From the NCBI RefSeq assembly GCF_006345805.1, contig NC_043012.1, positions 6,076,001 to 6,140,000 on the forward strand: a stretch of DNA of 64,000 bases, read 5' to 3'. This document shows, one piece after another, positions 1-12,360 of the stretch. This DNA is from Octopus sinensis. Its lineage: Eukaryota. The translations under genes were made by a program, and so were the position numbers. The notes beneath the pieces are model-generated. The model was not told the DNA's origin. It searched no databases and saw nothing but the letters and a program-made list of their open reading frames with translations. How positions within the stretch are numbered: the stretch's first letter is position 1; every line of letters starts with the position of its first letter.

Positions 1-235
1 TATATTGTTGTTAAATGCTCAAAATATCAAAGTAGAAAAACAGCCAACAACTGATGAAGGGTCGTTCTTTATGTTGTTTGTCTTGTTTTCCATTTGTGTC
101 TTTCATTGTTAAAAAAAATAGTTCATATTCCATGTACTCGTACTTTGTACTTGTTTGCTGTAAACGTTTCATGACATCCTGTGCCCGCATATGCATATAT
201 ATATGTATAGATGTAAGTGTGTACATATATATATC

Positions 236-1102
236 ATTATCATCATCATCGTTTAACGTCCGTTTTCCATGGGTTGGATGGTTCAACTGGGGTCTGGGAA
301 ACCAGGAGGTTGCACCAGGCTCCAATCTGATCTGGCAGTGTTTCTACAGCTGGATGCCCTTCCTAACACCAACCACTCCATGAGTGTAGTGGGTGCTTTT
401 TACGTGCCACTGGCACAGAGGCCAGAGGAAGCTGGCAACGACCAATGGCATGGAAGCTAGTCAAGGTGGCGCTGGTATCGGCCATGTCCGAATGGTTCTT
501 TTTACATGCCACCGGCATGAGCATCACAACTACAATTTCCATTTGATTTTAATTTTGATGTTGATGTACTTGACTCAGTAGTTCTCCTCAAGCACAGCAG
601 GTCACCCTACGATCCAAGGTACTTTTGAATGGGCTGGGGCTGGTTATACGAAACTGGTGTAGGATACAGCCATGAACTCACTTTGTGTTCCAGGTCTTTG
701 CAGTCACAGCATATCTCCAGAGGTCTTGGCCTTTTGTCATTGCCTCTGTGAGGCCCAATGTTTGAAGGTCATGCTTCACTACCTCATACTATGTCTTCTT
801 AGGTATACTTCTACCCTGGATTCCTTCGACTGTTTGGGAGTGGCACTTCTTCATATAGCTTTCCTCATCCATCTGTAGTATGTGACCATACCAGCACAAA
901 CATCTCTCTTGCACACCACATCCAATGCTTCTTATGTCCAGCATTTCACTCAGGGCACTTACACTCTGTTGCATGTACGCTCTGACATTACACATCCAGT
1001 GGATCATGCTAGCTTCATTTCTTTCAAGACTACGCATGTCCTCTGCAGTCATGGCCCATGTTTCACTACCGTGAAGCATGGCAGTTCACACACATGCATC
1101 GT
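236..1102 (-). mobile_element. 5'-truncated RTE-clade LINE 3' fragment (ORF2 C-terminus, 3' UTR, (GAT)n tail)
   Basis: ORF 789..1079(-) MLHGSETWAMTAEDMRSLERNEASMIHWMCNV matches the C-terminus of the longer LINE at 50610..51455. The shared tail ...GGACGTTAAACGATGATG lies on the minus strand at about 236-260. Confidence 0.85.
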
Positions 1103-1122
1103 ACAATCTATTTTTCAATATA

Positions 1123-1385
1123 TATATTGTCGCTATTATGAAAAAGTGTTGTAAGTCCAAAATGTTGCTTTTTCAGAAAACAAAAAAATAGTTTTACCAT
1201 TCCATAGCAAAATCGTTGTACTGCATTTTGACAATTTTCGACATCTTCGTACCTGAAGGAGCTGGAGATATGATAGTTTGACCAAAAGAACTGGCTATTG
1301 CAAGCAAAAATATATATTGAAAAAAATGCATTTGGCCAAATTTGGACATATGACAGTTTACAGTTTAACATGATAGCAACGATAT
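1123..1385. mobile_element. Possible old MITE with imperfect terminal inverted repeats
   Basis: The left end TATTGTCGCTATTATG resembles the reverse complement of the right end, TATCGTTGCTATCATG (13/16). An inner AGTCCAAAAT / ATTTGGACA match is also present, with TA-rich flanks. Confidence 0.35.
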
Positions 1386-1412
1386 ATGTATATATATATA
1401 TATATATATATG

Positions 1413-1454
<42 letters not shown>

Positions 1455-1463
1455 TCATACATA

Positions 1464-1596
1464 CAGGGTGTTCAGAAAGTCTCTCCATAGTAAGTATTTC
1501 ATTGTAAAATAAATATTTTAAAGATAGTATAAGACTACAAAAGAATATATTAGACTTTACAAAAATTCACTGCGGAGAGACTTTTTGAACACCCTG
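1464..1596. mobile_element. Tc1/mariner-type MITE, 133 bp
   Basis: 23-bp TIRs CAGGGTGTTCAGAAAGTCTCTCC / GGAGAGACTTTTTGAACACCCTG (22/23), with TA on both sides (1462-1463, 1597-1598). Confidence 0.9.
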
Positions 1597-1694
1597 TATA
1601 TTTATATATATATATACATACGCACACATATACATATATATATATGTGTATATATATAGATATATATATTATATATATATATATATAATGTTGT

Positions 1695-2760
1695 ACCTAA
1701 GAAGCATCAGTTGTGGTGTGCAAGAGAGACGATTGCGCTGGTATGGTCATGTGGCAAGAATGGATGAAGATAGTGTGTGAGAAAGTGCCAATCCCTAGCA
1801 GTTGAGGGACCTGTGGAAGAGGTAGACCCAGGAAAACCTGGGACGAGGTGGTGAAGCACGACCTTCGAACTTTAGGCCTCACTGAGGAATGACCAGAGAC
1901 CGAGACCTTTGGAAATATTCTGTACGTGAGAAGACCAGGCAGGACAAGTGAGCCCAGCCCACTTATGAATGCCTTTCCTCCCTTGGACACAAAGACCGGT
2001 TGAGGCAAGCGAAGTCGATATAGAACCTCATCCGACGACAGACACCCATGCCAACCCCCCATGCTTGCGAAGACATGTTGGGGCAAGCGAAATCGAAATC
2101 GAAACCGAATTGAACCAGCCAGGATCCCTGGCCTGGTGGTACGTAAAAAGCACTATCCGACTCGTGGCCGTGGCACGTAAAATACTCCAATGTGACCGTA
2201 CGACAGGCACCATGCCAACCCCCTTTGCTTGTGAAGACATGTTGGGGCAAGCGAAATCGAAATCGAATTGAACCAGCCAGGATCCCTGGTCTGGTGGTAC
2301 GTAAAAAGCACTATCCGACTCGTGGCCGTGGCACGTAAAATACTCCAATGCGACCGTACGACAGGCACCCATGCCAACCCCCTTTGCTTGTGAAGACATG
2401 TTGGGGCAAGCGAAATCGAAATCGAATTGAACCAGCCAGGATCCCTGGTCTGGTGGTACGTAAAAAGCACTATCCGACTCGTGGTCGATGCCAGCACCGC
2501 CTCGACTGGCTTCCGTGCCGGTGGCACGTAAAATACACCAATCCGACCGTGGCCGTTGCCAGCCTCGCCTGGCACCTGTGCAGGTGGCACGTAAAAAGCA
2601 CCCACTACACTCACGGAGTGGTTGGCATTAGGAAGGGCATCCAGCTGTAGAAACATTGCCAGATTAGACTGGAGCCTGGTGCAGCCTTCTGGCTTCCCAG
2701 AACCCCGGTCGAACCGTCCAACCCATGCTAGCATGGAGAACGGACGTTAAACGACGTTAA
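1695..2760 (+). mobile_element. RTE LINE 3' fragment with an internal ~160-bp tandem triplication of the 3' UTR
   Basis: ORF2 end (RGRPRKTWDEVVKHDLRTLGLTE) is encoded at about 1815-1890. GAAGACATGTTGGGGCAAGCG recurs at 2069, 2233 and 2392. The common tail ends at about 2760. Confidence 0.85.
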
Positions 2761-2832
2761 TATATAAATGAAAGAAGGGCACTCAACACATTTATTGGGA
2801 GTTACATGTATAGATCAAAACAGTTTGTGTGT

Positions 2833-3009
2833 ATGTGTACTGTTGGCGATTTTTTTCCTCCGTCTTCCCTTCCTTGGATCTTTCCTTTTCCTATGTTTCT
2901 GATGAAGAGCTCTGCTCGAAACGTTAAATCCTTCTTTCTTTCCTTTCCTGAGCATCCAATAACACTATACTTGTTCACGGTCTCGTGTTGTTGTGTTTTC
3001 ATGTTGGAT

Positions 3010-3014
<5 letters not shown>
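2833..3014 (+). mobile_element. ~200-bp HHR-bearing interspersed element, copy 1 (Penelope pLTR-like, non-autonomous)
   Basis: Same sequence as 24669-24874, 39379-39578 and 41318-41508. Ends GGATTAAC followed by (TA)n. Confidence 0.8.
2895..2929 (+). ncRNA. Minimal type I hammerhead ribozyme motif
   Basis: GTTT-CTGATGA-A-GAGC-TCT-GCTC-GAAA-CGT-T-AAAT: intact core, 4-bp stem II, ACGU palindromic stem III, short stem I. Confidence 0.7.
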
Positions 3015-3058
<44 letters not shown>

Positions 3059-3477
3059 AAACTCCGAAGTCTCTCACCTTGTGTAATTCTTCTAGCAAGA
3101 ACAAGATGACTGTTGTTTTTTTAATATACTTTCCTATGTGTATTGGATACCCTCTCTCTATCTTTTAAACTCTCCTTCCCCTCCTCTCTCCCTCACACAT
3201 ACACACCTATTAAAAGGAGATGTTTATGTGTTTAAAGCAAAGGGACAGCAGTGGACCAGCTACTTTCTTCTTGTTTTGACTAATCACCCTATTTAAATAG
3301 TGTATCCTATGGAGGATTTTCACTTTCTTTTCCGTATTGATCTGTTTATTTAATGCTCCTTCCTCAATGTTAAGCTCATGTTTTTTTGATTTCTTCCTGC
3401 TTATCTCTTTCTGTTGCTTATCTTTTCCGTACTGATTTTCCTTTTGTTAAAACTTGGCCATTTCCTCTTGATAAACA

Positions 3478-5154
3478 TCCGGCACCTGTGTCGGTGGCAC
3501 ATAAAAACACCATCCGAAGACCCGGCAAGACTAGGCACCTGTGTCGGTGGCACATAAAAACACCATCCGAAGACCCGGCAAGACTAGTCAGGCCATAATC
3601 CGTGGCCCCAACCTGGACGTAGTCAGTCACCTGTGCATACCTTCCTTCTTGTGACACTTGTGAAGACCTTTTGAGGCAAGTGAAAGTGAAAATCAAAATA
3701 AAATAGATGAACATCAATGGAATTTGTATCTTTATGGTACCAGTGCCGGTGGCACACAAGAAAACCATCCGAACGTGGCCGTAGCCAGTACCGCATCGAC
3801 TGGCCTCCATGCTGTGGGCACGTAAGAAACACCATCCGATCATGTCCGTTCGCCAGCCTCATCAGGCACCTGTGTCGGTGGCACATAAAAACACCATCTG
3901 AAGACCCGGCAAGACTAGTCAGGCCATAACCCGTGGTCCCTACCTGGAACGTAGTCAGTCCGCCTGTGCATACCTTCCTTCTTGTGACACTTGTGAAGAC
4001 CTGTTGAGGCAAGTGATCAAATCAAAACAAATCAAAATAGATGAACATCAATGGAATTTGTATCTTTGTGGTACCAGGGCCGGTGGCACACAAGATAACC
4101 ATCCGAACATGGCCGTAGCCAGTACCGCATCGACTGGCCTCTGTGCTGTGGGCTCATAACAAACACCATCCGATCATGGCCGTTCGCCAGCCTCATCTGG
4201 CACCTGTGTCGGTGGCACATAAAAACACCATCCGAAGACCCGGCAAGACTAGTCAGGCCATAACCCGTGGCCTCTACCTGGGACGTAGTCAGTTCACCTG
4301 TGCATACCTTCCTTCTTGTGACACTTGTGAAGACCTGTTGAGACAAGTGATCAAATCAAATCAAATCAAATCAAAATAGATGAACATCAATGGAATTTGT
4401 ATCTTTGTGGTACCAGTGCCAGTGGCACACAAGAAAACCGTCCGAACGTGGCCGTAGCCAGTACCGCATCGACTGGCCTCCGTGCTGTGGGCACGTAACA
4501 AACACCATCCATCTGGCACCTGTGTCGGAGGCACATAAAAACATCATCCGAAGACCCGGCAAGACTAGTCAGGCCATAACCCGTGGCCCCTACCTGGGAC
4601 GTTGTCAGTTCACCTGTGCATACCTTCCTTCCTTCTTGTGACACTTGTGAAGACCTGTTGAGGCAAGTGAAAATCAAATCAAATCAAATCAAAATAGATG
4701 AACATCAATGGAATTTGTATCTTTGTGGTACCAGTGCCGGTGGCACACAAGAAAACCATCCGAACGTGGCCATAGCCAGTACCGCATCGACTGGCCTCCG
4801 TGCTGTGGGCACGTAAGAAACACCATCCGATCGTGGCCGTTCGTCAGCCTCGTCTGGCACCTGTGTCGGTGGCACATAAAAACACCATCCGAGCTTGGCC
4901 GTTCGCCAGCCTTGTCTGGCACCTGTGTCGGTGGCACATAAAAACACCATCCGAGCGTGGCCGTTCGCCAGCCTCGTCTGGCACCTGTGTCGGTGGCACA
5001 TAAAATCACCCACTACACTCTCGGAGTGGTTGGCGTTAGGAAGGGCATCCAGCTGTAGAAACACTGCCAGATCTGACTGGCCTGGTGCAGCCTTTGGGCT
5101 CCCCAGACCCCAGTTGAACCGTCCAACCCATGCTAGCATGGAAAGGGACGTTAA

Positions 5155-5185
<31 letters not shown>
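3478..5185 (+). repeat. Tandem array of RTE 3'-UTR modules (4 x ~330 bp, then 3 x 62 bp) ending in the RTE tail and (GAT)n
   Basis: GAAGACCCGGCAAGACTAGTC occurs at about 3567, 3901, 4235 and 4551. CTGTGTCGGTGGCACA occurs at 4861, 4923 and 4985. The tail runs about 5003-5156. Confidence 0.9.
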
Positions 5186-5186
<1 letters not shown>

Positions 5187-5887
5187 AATATAATATATAT
5201 ATATATATATATATAATATAATATATATATATATATATATGTATGGATATATATATTATATATATAATATCCATGCTAGCATGGAAAGCGGACGTTAAAT
5301 GATGAGGATGATGATGATGATAATATATATTTATATATATGTATGGATATATTTACTCTTAGTGGCATCTGCATTTATATCACCCAGCCTACATTCATGT
5401 CACCACCACCACCACCATCAGCACCAAGAGTTAAAAACAACAATGTATTCGTAATAACATTGAACTACAACAACAACAACAACAACACCAATAAAAGCAA
5501 GGAGTATGTTCCGCCAATGTTACACCGCCCAGTTTTATATGTCTTAATCACTACATTTGTCAGCACAAACAACACGATGACACATAACTTGATACGCATG
5601 ACTTGTTCAATTTTGTCCCTCTCGAGAATAACAAATACGCAGAAACAACAACAATAAAAAAAAAAGAGTCCTGACCCACCTATCCACCCTTCCACCCAGC
5701 GAACTCATCCACTCGTGTATCCACCCATTACCTGTCGTAAAAGAAAAAAAAAACAAAAAACAATTTGAGAAAGACTGAAATGTGTCAATTGTGAAATTTT
5801 TGTAATTCTTTCGTAATCTATTTTTGCCTTACACCTTAAACTAAATATTGCGTGTTTGACATCATTTGTTTCTTGAACTATCGAGAT

Positions 5888-6350
5888 TAAGGCGACAAAC
5901 TGGCAGAATCGTTAGCACGCTGGGTAAAATTCTAAGCAGCGTTTTGTCCGTCTTTATGTTCTCAGTTCAAATTCCACCGAGATGAACTTTACCTTTTATC
6001 CTTTCAGAGTTTATAAAATAAGTACCGGTTCACTACTGGGGTCGATGTAATCAACTTAACCCCTCCCCCCAAAATTGCAGGCCTTGTGCCAAAATATGAA
6101 ACCATCATCATCATCATCATCATCATTATTATTCATGGCAGCTAACTGGCAGGATTGTTAGCATGCAAAGATGAAATGCTCAACTGTATTTCACCTGTCA
6201 ATATGTTCTGAGTTCAAATTCCATTGAGGTCGACTTTACTTTTCATCCTTTCAAGGTCAATAAATTAAGTACCAGTTGAATTCTGAGGGGTTGATGTAAT
6301 CAACTAGTCCCACCCCACAAATTTCAGGCCTTGTACCTATAGTAGAAAGG

Positions 6351-6381
<31 letters not shown>

Positions 6382-6395
6382 TATTATTATTATTA

Positions 6396-6443
<48 letters not shown>

Positions 6444-6750
6444 GGCACCGAACTGGCGGAACCATTAGCATACCGGGCAAAATGCTTAGCGGCATTTCGT
6501 CTGTCCATACATTCTGAGTTCAAATTCCACCGAGGTTGACTTTGCCTTTTATCCTTTCGGAGTTGATAAATTAAGTACCAGTGAGACACTGGGGTTGATG
6601 TAATCGACTAGTCCCCTCCCCCTAAATTTCAGGCCTTGTGCCTTGAGTAGAAAGGATTATTATTCTTACTAAAGTGGTGAGCTAGCAGAATTGTTAGCAT
6701 GCCAGACCAATTCCATCAAGACTGACTTTACCTTTCATTGATAAAATATG
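5888..6750 (+). mobile_element. Head-to-tail cluster of SINE family B (3 copies plus a partial), separated by (ATC)n/(ATT)n tails
   Basis: A repeated unit TAAGGC..G(A/C)(A/G)CTGGCAGAA..GTTAGCA...GAGTTCAAATTCC...AAGTACCAG starts at about 5888, 6135, 6440 and 6668. It has Pol III A-box-like and B-box-like (GTTCAAATTCC) motifs. Confidence 0.8.
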
Positions 6751-6754
6751 ATGT

Positions 6755-6965
6755 CTACACTTGAAGAATTAATGTTGCTTCTCTTTAAGGTGGCCTTCAG
6801 TTTGTCTTTGAATCTATTCTTTGGTCCTTCCTCTAGGTGATGATCATAGTGTAACTAACTGAGGATTCCACGAGGATAGTATGACCCACACATGCTCACT
6901 ATAAGCCCAAACCATTTCAGTTAATGCCTGTACAACGAGGATTCGATGCTGTTGGTTCAAAATCC
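6755..6965 (-). pseudogene. Decayed RTE-BovB-like ORF2 C-terminal fragment
   Basis: The minus strand reads SIESSLYRH*LKWFG...GPKNRFKDKLKATLKRSNIN, resembling the BovB-type C-terminus (QLRWVGHV...GPKKRFKDTLK). Confidence 0.55.
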
Positions 6966-7067
6966 TGTCTTTTATTATTTTTTCTTTATTTAGTACTAAC
7001 TTCTTGAAAATTTGTCAGTGTTTTGCTGTTTCTCTTTAAACATGTTGAAACTTCTATCTAAAATAAA

Positions 7068-7232
7068 CAGCAGGAGTGGCTGTGTGGTAAGTAGCTTGCT
7101 TACCAATCACATGGTCCTGGGTTCAGTCCCATTGTGTGGAATCTTGGGCAAGTGTCTTCTACTATAGCCTCAGGCCGACCAAAGCCTTGTGAGTGGATTT
7201 AGTAGATGGAAACTGAAAGAAACCTGCCGTAT
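7068..7232 (+). mobile_element. tRNA-derived SINE family A, 5' half (3' half at about 8573-8795)
   Basis: GGAGTGGCTGTGTGGTAAG (A box), GGGTTCAGTCCC (B box), and a CORE-like TTGGGCAAGTGTCTT. Confidence 0.8.
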
Positions 7233-8572
7233 ATATATATATATATATATGCTCCATATATGTTTCGTTGTTGTTGTTGGCATCCTTTTGTCTCGGGAGA
7301 CAATGGAGTCGCGCATAATTTAATCCAGTCTGGTTCTTACATTTCATGTCCTCTCCAGTTTCCTCTCCAGTTTTGCACAGACCTGAGCTAGATGTAAGAA
7401 AATACTGGGTAGCCCAATCATCAGGATTCCTCTCTCGACCTTGCTGACGTAGTCCAAAGGAGTACAGAGCATTATGTTTGGCACCAGCTTGGTTGCAGGA
7501 GCTGTCAGAAGAGTGTCGAGTCGAACACTAAACTACTTACGGGGCTCCACTCCGGATTTCTTTGAAGGTTGTCTCCTTTCCGTAACCCTGGATAGGGGCA
7601 CATACTGGGTACTGTCACCCGGAGCCAGCTGAGCCTGGGACTCATAACACGCAGGGTCGTCACTCCCTGAAGTAGTGAAGAAAATCGCTACCCACTACCT
7701 AAATTAATTAATGTTTCATTAATTAAATATATTCAGTTAGAATATTATACACTAAATTTATAATAAGTGCTCTTTGTAAAAAATGTAAAAAATATTAATA
7801 CTGTAAAGTATTTAGACATTAATACGAGTGATTTTATATACTGTATTTCGAAATAATAGCATGAAATTCAATATCAAACAAAATATATGTCTAAAATATA
7901 TATGTCTATAAAAGTATTGTATTAAAAATATATATATAAATATATGAAACATGACAACCTAAAAATTTATTATATGCTCCATATATATATGTATATATGC
8001 TATGGTTGGAGTTAGCTCGCCCATACTAACCTATATCTTCTTGAAGCGGCTGTAAGACTTTGTACTTATTCAGGATTAACTTTCTCAGCTTCCCTCTTCA
8101 TTGATTCTAATACAGATATTCAAACTTCGCAAGTACATATAGGTATTTATATATTTATAAATTTTTATATGGGAGAATTGTAGTTTGCTTGAAGCATTGT
8201 GTATTGTTTGTAAAATATAAAGTGTTTTGAATGGAACAACAATACACTATAATAACAACAATGGACTATAATAACTGTTGTAATTTAATCATCCATAGTC
8301 TAATATGATATTTTGGAATAAAATTCCTTCTTCAGATATCCCTAGGAATTGATCAAGTCACTGTTTATAAATTCTTTATATAATTATGAATTTTTATACA
8401 TTTATGAATTTTTGTATGCTTATATATATTTTAAAATTCTTATGAATTTTTATCCTGTCTCATATATGTGAACGCATCTATGTATATTGGGGTGAATTTT
8501 GTTAATTTGAAATGGATTGAATGAATATATTAAACTGATTGCTGAAGTTTGCTCCTCTCCATCTTAATTTTT

Positions 8573-8795
8573 TACGTGTGTGTCTTTGTGTCTGTGTTTG
8601 TCCTATCACCATCACTTGACAACCGATGTTGGTGTGTTTACATCCCCCGTAAATTAGCGGTTCAACAAAAGAAACCAATAGAATAAGTACTAGGCTTACA
8701 AAGGATAAGTTCTGGGGTTGATTTGTTTGACTAAGAGCAGTGCTCCAGCATAGTTGCAGTCAAATAACTGAAACAGGCAAAAGAATAAAAGAAAA
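8573..8795 (+). mobile_element. SINE family A, 3' half
   Basis: TGTTTGTCC...CTTGACAACCGATG...GAATAAGTACTAGGCTTACAAAG...TGAAACAG matches the 3' half of the full-length copies. Confidence 0.75.
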
Positions 8796-8859
8796 ATATT
8801 GATACATTAAAAGAAGGTTTATATTTACTGATAAGCATTGGGTTTTCTCTGCTATACAG

Positions 8860-9375
8860 CTGGTTCTTAATTTATCGACCCCCAAAAGGATAAAAGGCAA
8901 AGTTGACCTTGGTGGAATTTGAATTCAGAACATAAAGACAGATGAAATACTGCTAAGCATTTATTTCTTTATTGCTCACAGGGGGCTAAACATAGAGGGG
9001 ACAAACAAGGACAGACAAGGGGATTAAGTTGATTACATCAACCTCAGTGCATAACTAATACTTATTTAATTGACCCCGAAAGGACAAAAGGTTAAGTCGA
9101 CCTTGGCAGAATTTGAAGACGAAATACTGCTAAGTATTTATTTCTTTATTGCCCACAGGGGGCTAAACATAGAGGGGACAAACAAGGACAGACAAAGGGG
9201 GTTAAGTTGATTACATCTACCCCAGTGCATAACTGGTACTTATTTAATCAACCCCCAAAGGATGAAAGGTAAAGTCAACCTTGGCAGAATTTGAACTCAG
9301 AACATAACAGCAGACAAAATACCACTAAGCATTTTGCGTGGCATGCTAACGTTTCTGCCAGCTCGCCGCCTTAGG
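8860..9375 (-). mobile_element. SINE family B, tandem partial copies
   Basis: Reverse complement of the family B unit. The block CTAAG(C/T)ATTTATTTCTTTATTGC(T/C)CACAGGGGGCTAAACATAGAGGGGACAAAC is duplicated at about 8952 and 9130. Confidence 0.8.
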
Positions 9376-9778
9376 TATGGTATTTATTAAAGTAACTCAT
9401 AATTTTCTTTATATATATTAACACAAATACACACATGCACGTATAAATTCATAATATGCATAATCTCATTCGGTATTAAACCTAGAAAAGAATGCATGTT
9501 TGTAAGTATATTGTTGTGTATGAATATATAAGTAAGTGTCTGAATATGAGAATACCTGGGAAAACATAGAATACATGCATGTGTCCACCCATGCATGCAT
9601 GCATGCATTCAGTCTATCCATACATACATTTATACATACATTCATATAAATAGTTATTCACATTCTTTATATTTATTCATGCATGTGAATTAGAAAAGTA
9701 TCAATGTCTTTAAGTATATTTTTTGTATATATATATATATATCTGTTTAGTATGTATAGGTACACTTGTACACATTTG

Positions 9779-9809
<31 letters not shown>

Positions 9810-11389
9810 TATATGGAGACACATACACACATACTCACGCTGTGTGTGTGTATATATATATGCGTGTGTGTGCATATGTGATGTGGGTAAGTATAAAGTG
9901 ATTCAGTAGGTCTGAGAAGGAATGTCATTGAGAGAATATTTTTCTAATTATAGACTTCGAAAATAGAGCTGGTGATACAAGTTCTGAAATGTCTTTTAGT
10001 CTGTTGTTGTTGTTGTTGCCGTTTAACCCTCGGTCAGCTTTGATCAAGCAGGCATATGATCAAAGCATTCAAGCTACCACAACACAGAAAGACAGCAAGA
10101 GAGAGAGAGAGAGAGGTGAGAATTTCAGAATGTGGAATGAGAGTTCTTATGAATGGTGAATGTTCCTGGGTAAAGCAAGGAAGTTTCAAAGACAGACAGA
10201 TAGATAGATAGATAAAGAGAGGGAGTGAAAGAGAGTGAGAGAGAGTGAAAGGGAGAGAGTGAAAGGGAGAGAGAGAGAAGGAGAGAACGATGTTCCAGAG
10301 TGGAATGGTTGTGTCTACAAGTGGGAAGTAGTTCCTGAGAATGGAGTGCTTAGAACTCCAGAGAGCAGAGTGAATGTTAGAATGAGGAATGGGAGCTTGT
10401 TGGAGTGGATGTTTGTGAGTGAGGGAGGCAAGTTTCAGAGAAAGAAGACTGTTTCAGAGTAGAATGAGACTTCTGCAACAAGTAGATAGAAGTTTCAAAG
10501 AGAAGGGTGATTTCCAGAGAGAAATGCACTGAAATTCCATAAGGCAGTGCATGTTCCTGGAAAAAGGATGGAAATTCCAGAGAGAGAGAGAGTCAGAGTT
10601 CTCAAAAGAGATGAAGGAATTCCAGGGAAATGGAACATGTCCCTGAAAGAGATGAAGGAATTCAAGAGGTTTGTTGTGATAGTGATCACAGTGGTGGTGG
10701 TTGATGTGGTGGCGATGGTGTTGGTCGATAGTAGTGATGAGGATGATGATGGTGGTGGTGGCAGTGGTGGATAGTGGTAATGATGATGATTATGATGATG
10801 GTGGTGGTGGTGTTGATGGATAGTGATGATGATGGTGGGGGTGGCAGCAGTGGATAGTGGTAATGATGATGATGATGATGATGATGTTTGAAGTAGTTGG
10901 GGTAGTCGTGATATCGATGCTGTTGTTGGTAGTGATGGTGACTCTGTTGATCTGTGATTGTAGTGATGAAGGTGGAGGCTGTAGAAATGATGGCAGTGGT
11001 GGTGGTGGTGGTGTTTATTGTGGAAGTGTGGTGGTGGGGGTGGGAGCAGTAAACATTTCCCCCAATACCACAATATTCAAATGATTGCAGGCAAGTGAGA
11101 GCCGTTTAACACCTCACCTAACGATAAAGCAGTAAGATGTTCATTATTTATTGCTACTTTGACACTTACGAACAATCCTCACTTTCTTTTCCAAACACAC
11201 ATTCACACATACAAATATACATATATATATACACGTACACCTAGACATGCAAACGTACACTCAAAACTGGCAAACACACACACCTGCTCCACTCATACCT
11301 GCACTTATTCACTCAGCTCTCTCTCTCTCTTTCTTTCCCACTCTCTTTCACTTTAACTAGTAACAAATATCTGTCTGGATGTATGCATA

Positions 11390-11653
11390 TGTGTGTGTTT
11401 ATAATATATATATGTTGTGGGTGTATTGTGTATATATATATAGCTGACTGTATATATATATATATATAATATCATTATATATATATATATATATATATGT
11501 ATATTATTATATTATATATCATAATATATATATATATATATGTATGTATGTATGTATATATGTATATATATGTATATATATCTATATATATGTGTGTTGT
11601 GTGTGTGTGTGTATATATATAGCTGACTGTATATATACATATATATATATCAT

Positions 11654-11692
<39 letters not shown>

Positions 11693-12077
11693 CATATATA
11701 ATATATATATATATATGTCTGTATGTATGTATATATGTATATATATGTATATATTAATATATATATATGTGGTGTGTGTGTGTTATATATATAGCTGACT
11801 GTATATATACATATATATATATCATTATATTATATATATATTATATGTATATATATATAACATAATATATATATATATATATGTATGTATGTATGTATAT
11901 ATGTATATATATGTATATATATATATATTATATATGTGTGTGTGTGTGTGTATATTATAGCTGACTGTATATATACATATATATATATCATTATATATAT
12001 ATATATTATATATATATGTATATATATATATCATAATATATATATATATATATTGTATGTATGTGTGTATATATGTA

Positions 12078-12109
<32 letters not shown>

Positions 12110-12360
12110 ATATTATATATATATGTATATATGTATGTTTTGTATATATATATATTATGTATGTATATATATATATATGTATGTATGTATGTATATATAT
12201 ATATATATATATGTATGTATATATATATAATATCTATATATAATATATGTATATATATAGTATATATATATATAATGTAAATATATATATGTGTGTGTAT
12301 GTATATATGTATGTGTGTTTGTATGTATGTGTGTATATACATATATGTGTGTGTTTGTGA
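11390..12360. repeat. (TA)/(TG) microsatellite field with a ~170-bp higher-order period
   Basis: The anchor GCTGACTGTATATA recurs at 11443, 11622, 11794 and 11960. Confidence 0.85.

Noticed and set aside
3478-5003. Retrozyme-type tandem HHR array in the 330-bp and 160-bp units
   Set aside because: I found no CTGANGA...GAAA core on either strand of these units. They derive from the RTE 3' UTR.
7405-7435. CTGATGA followed by a TGGG/CCCA hairpin on the minus strand
   Set aside because: It is followed by GTAT instead of GAAA, with no stem III or stem I.
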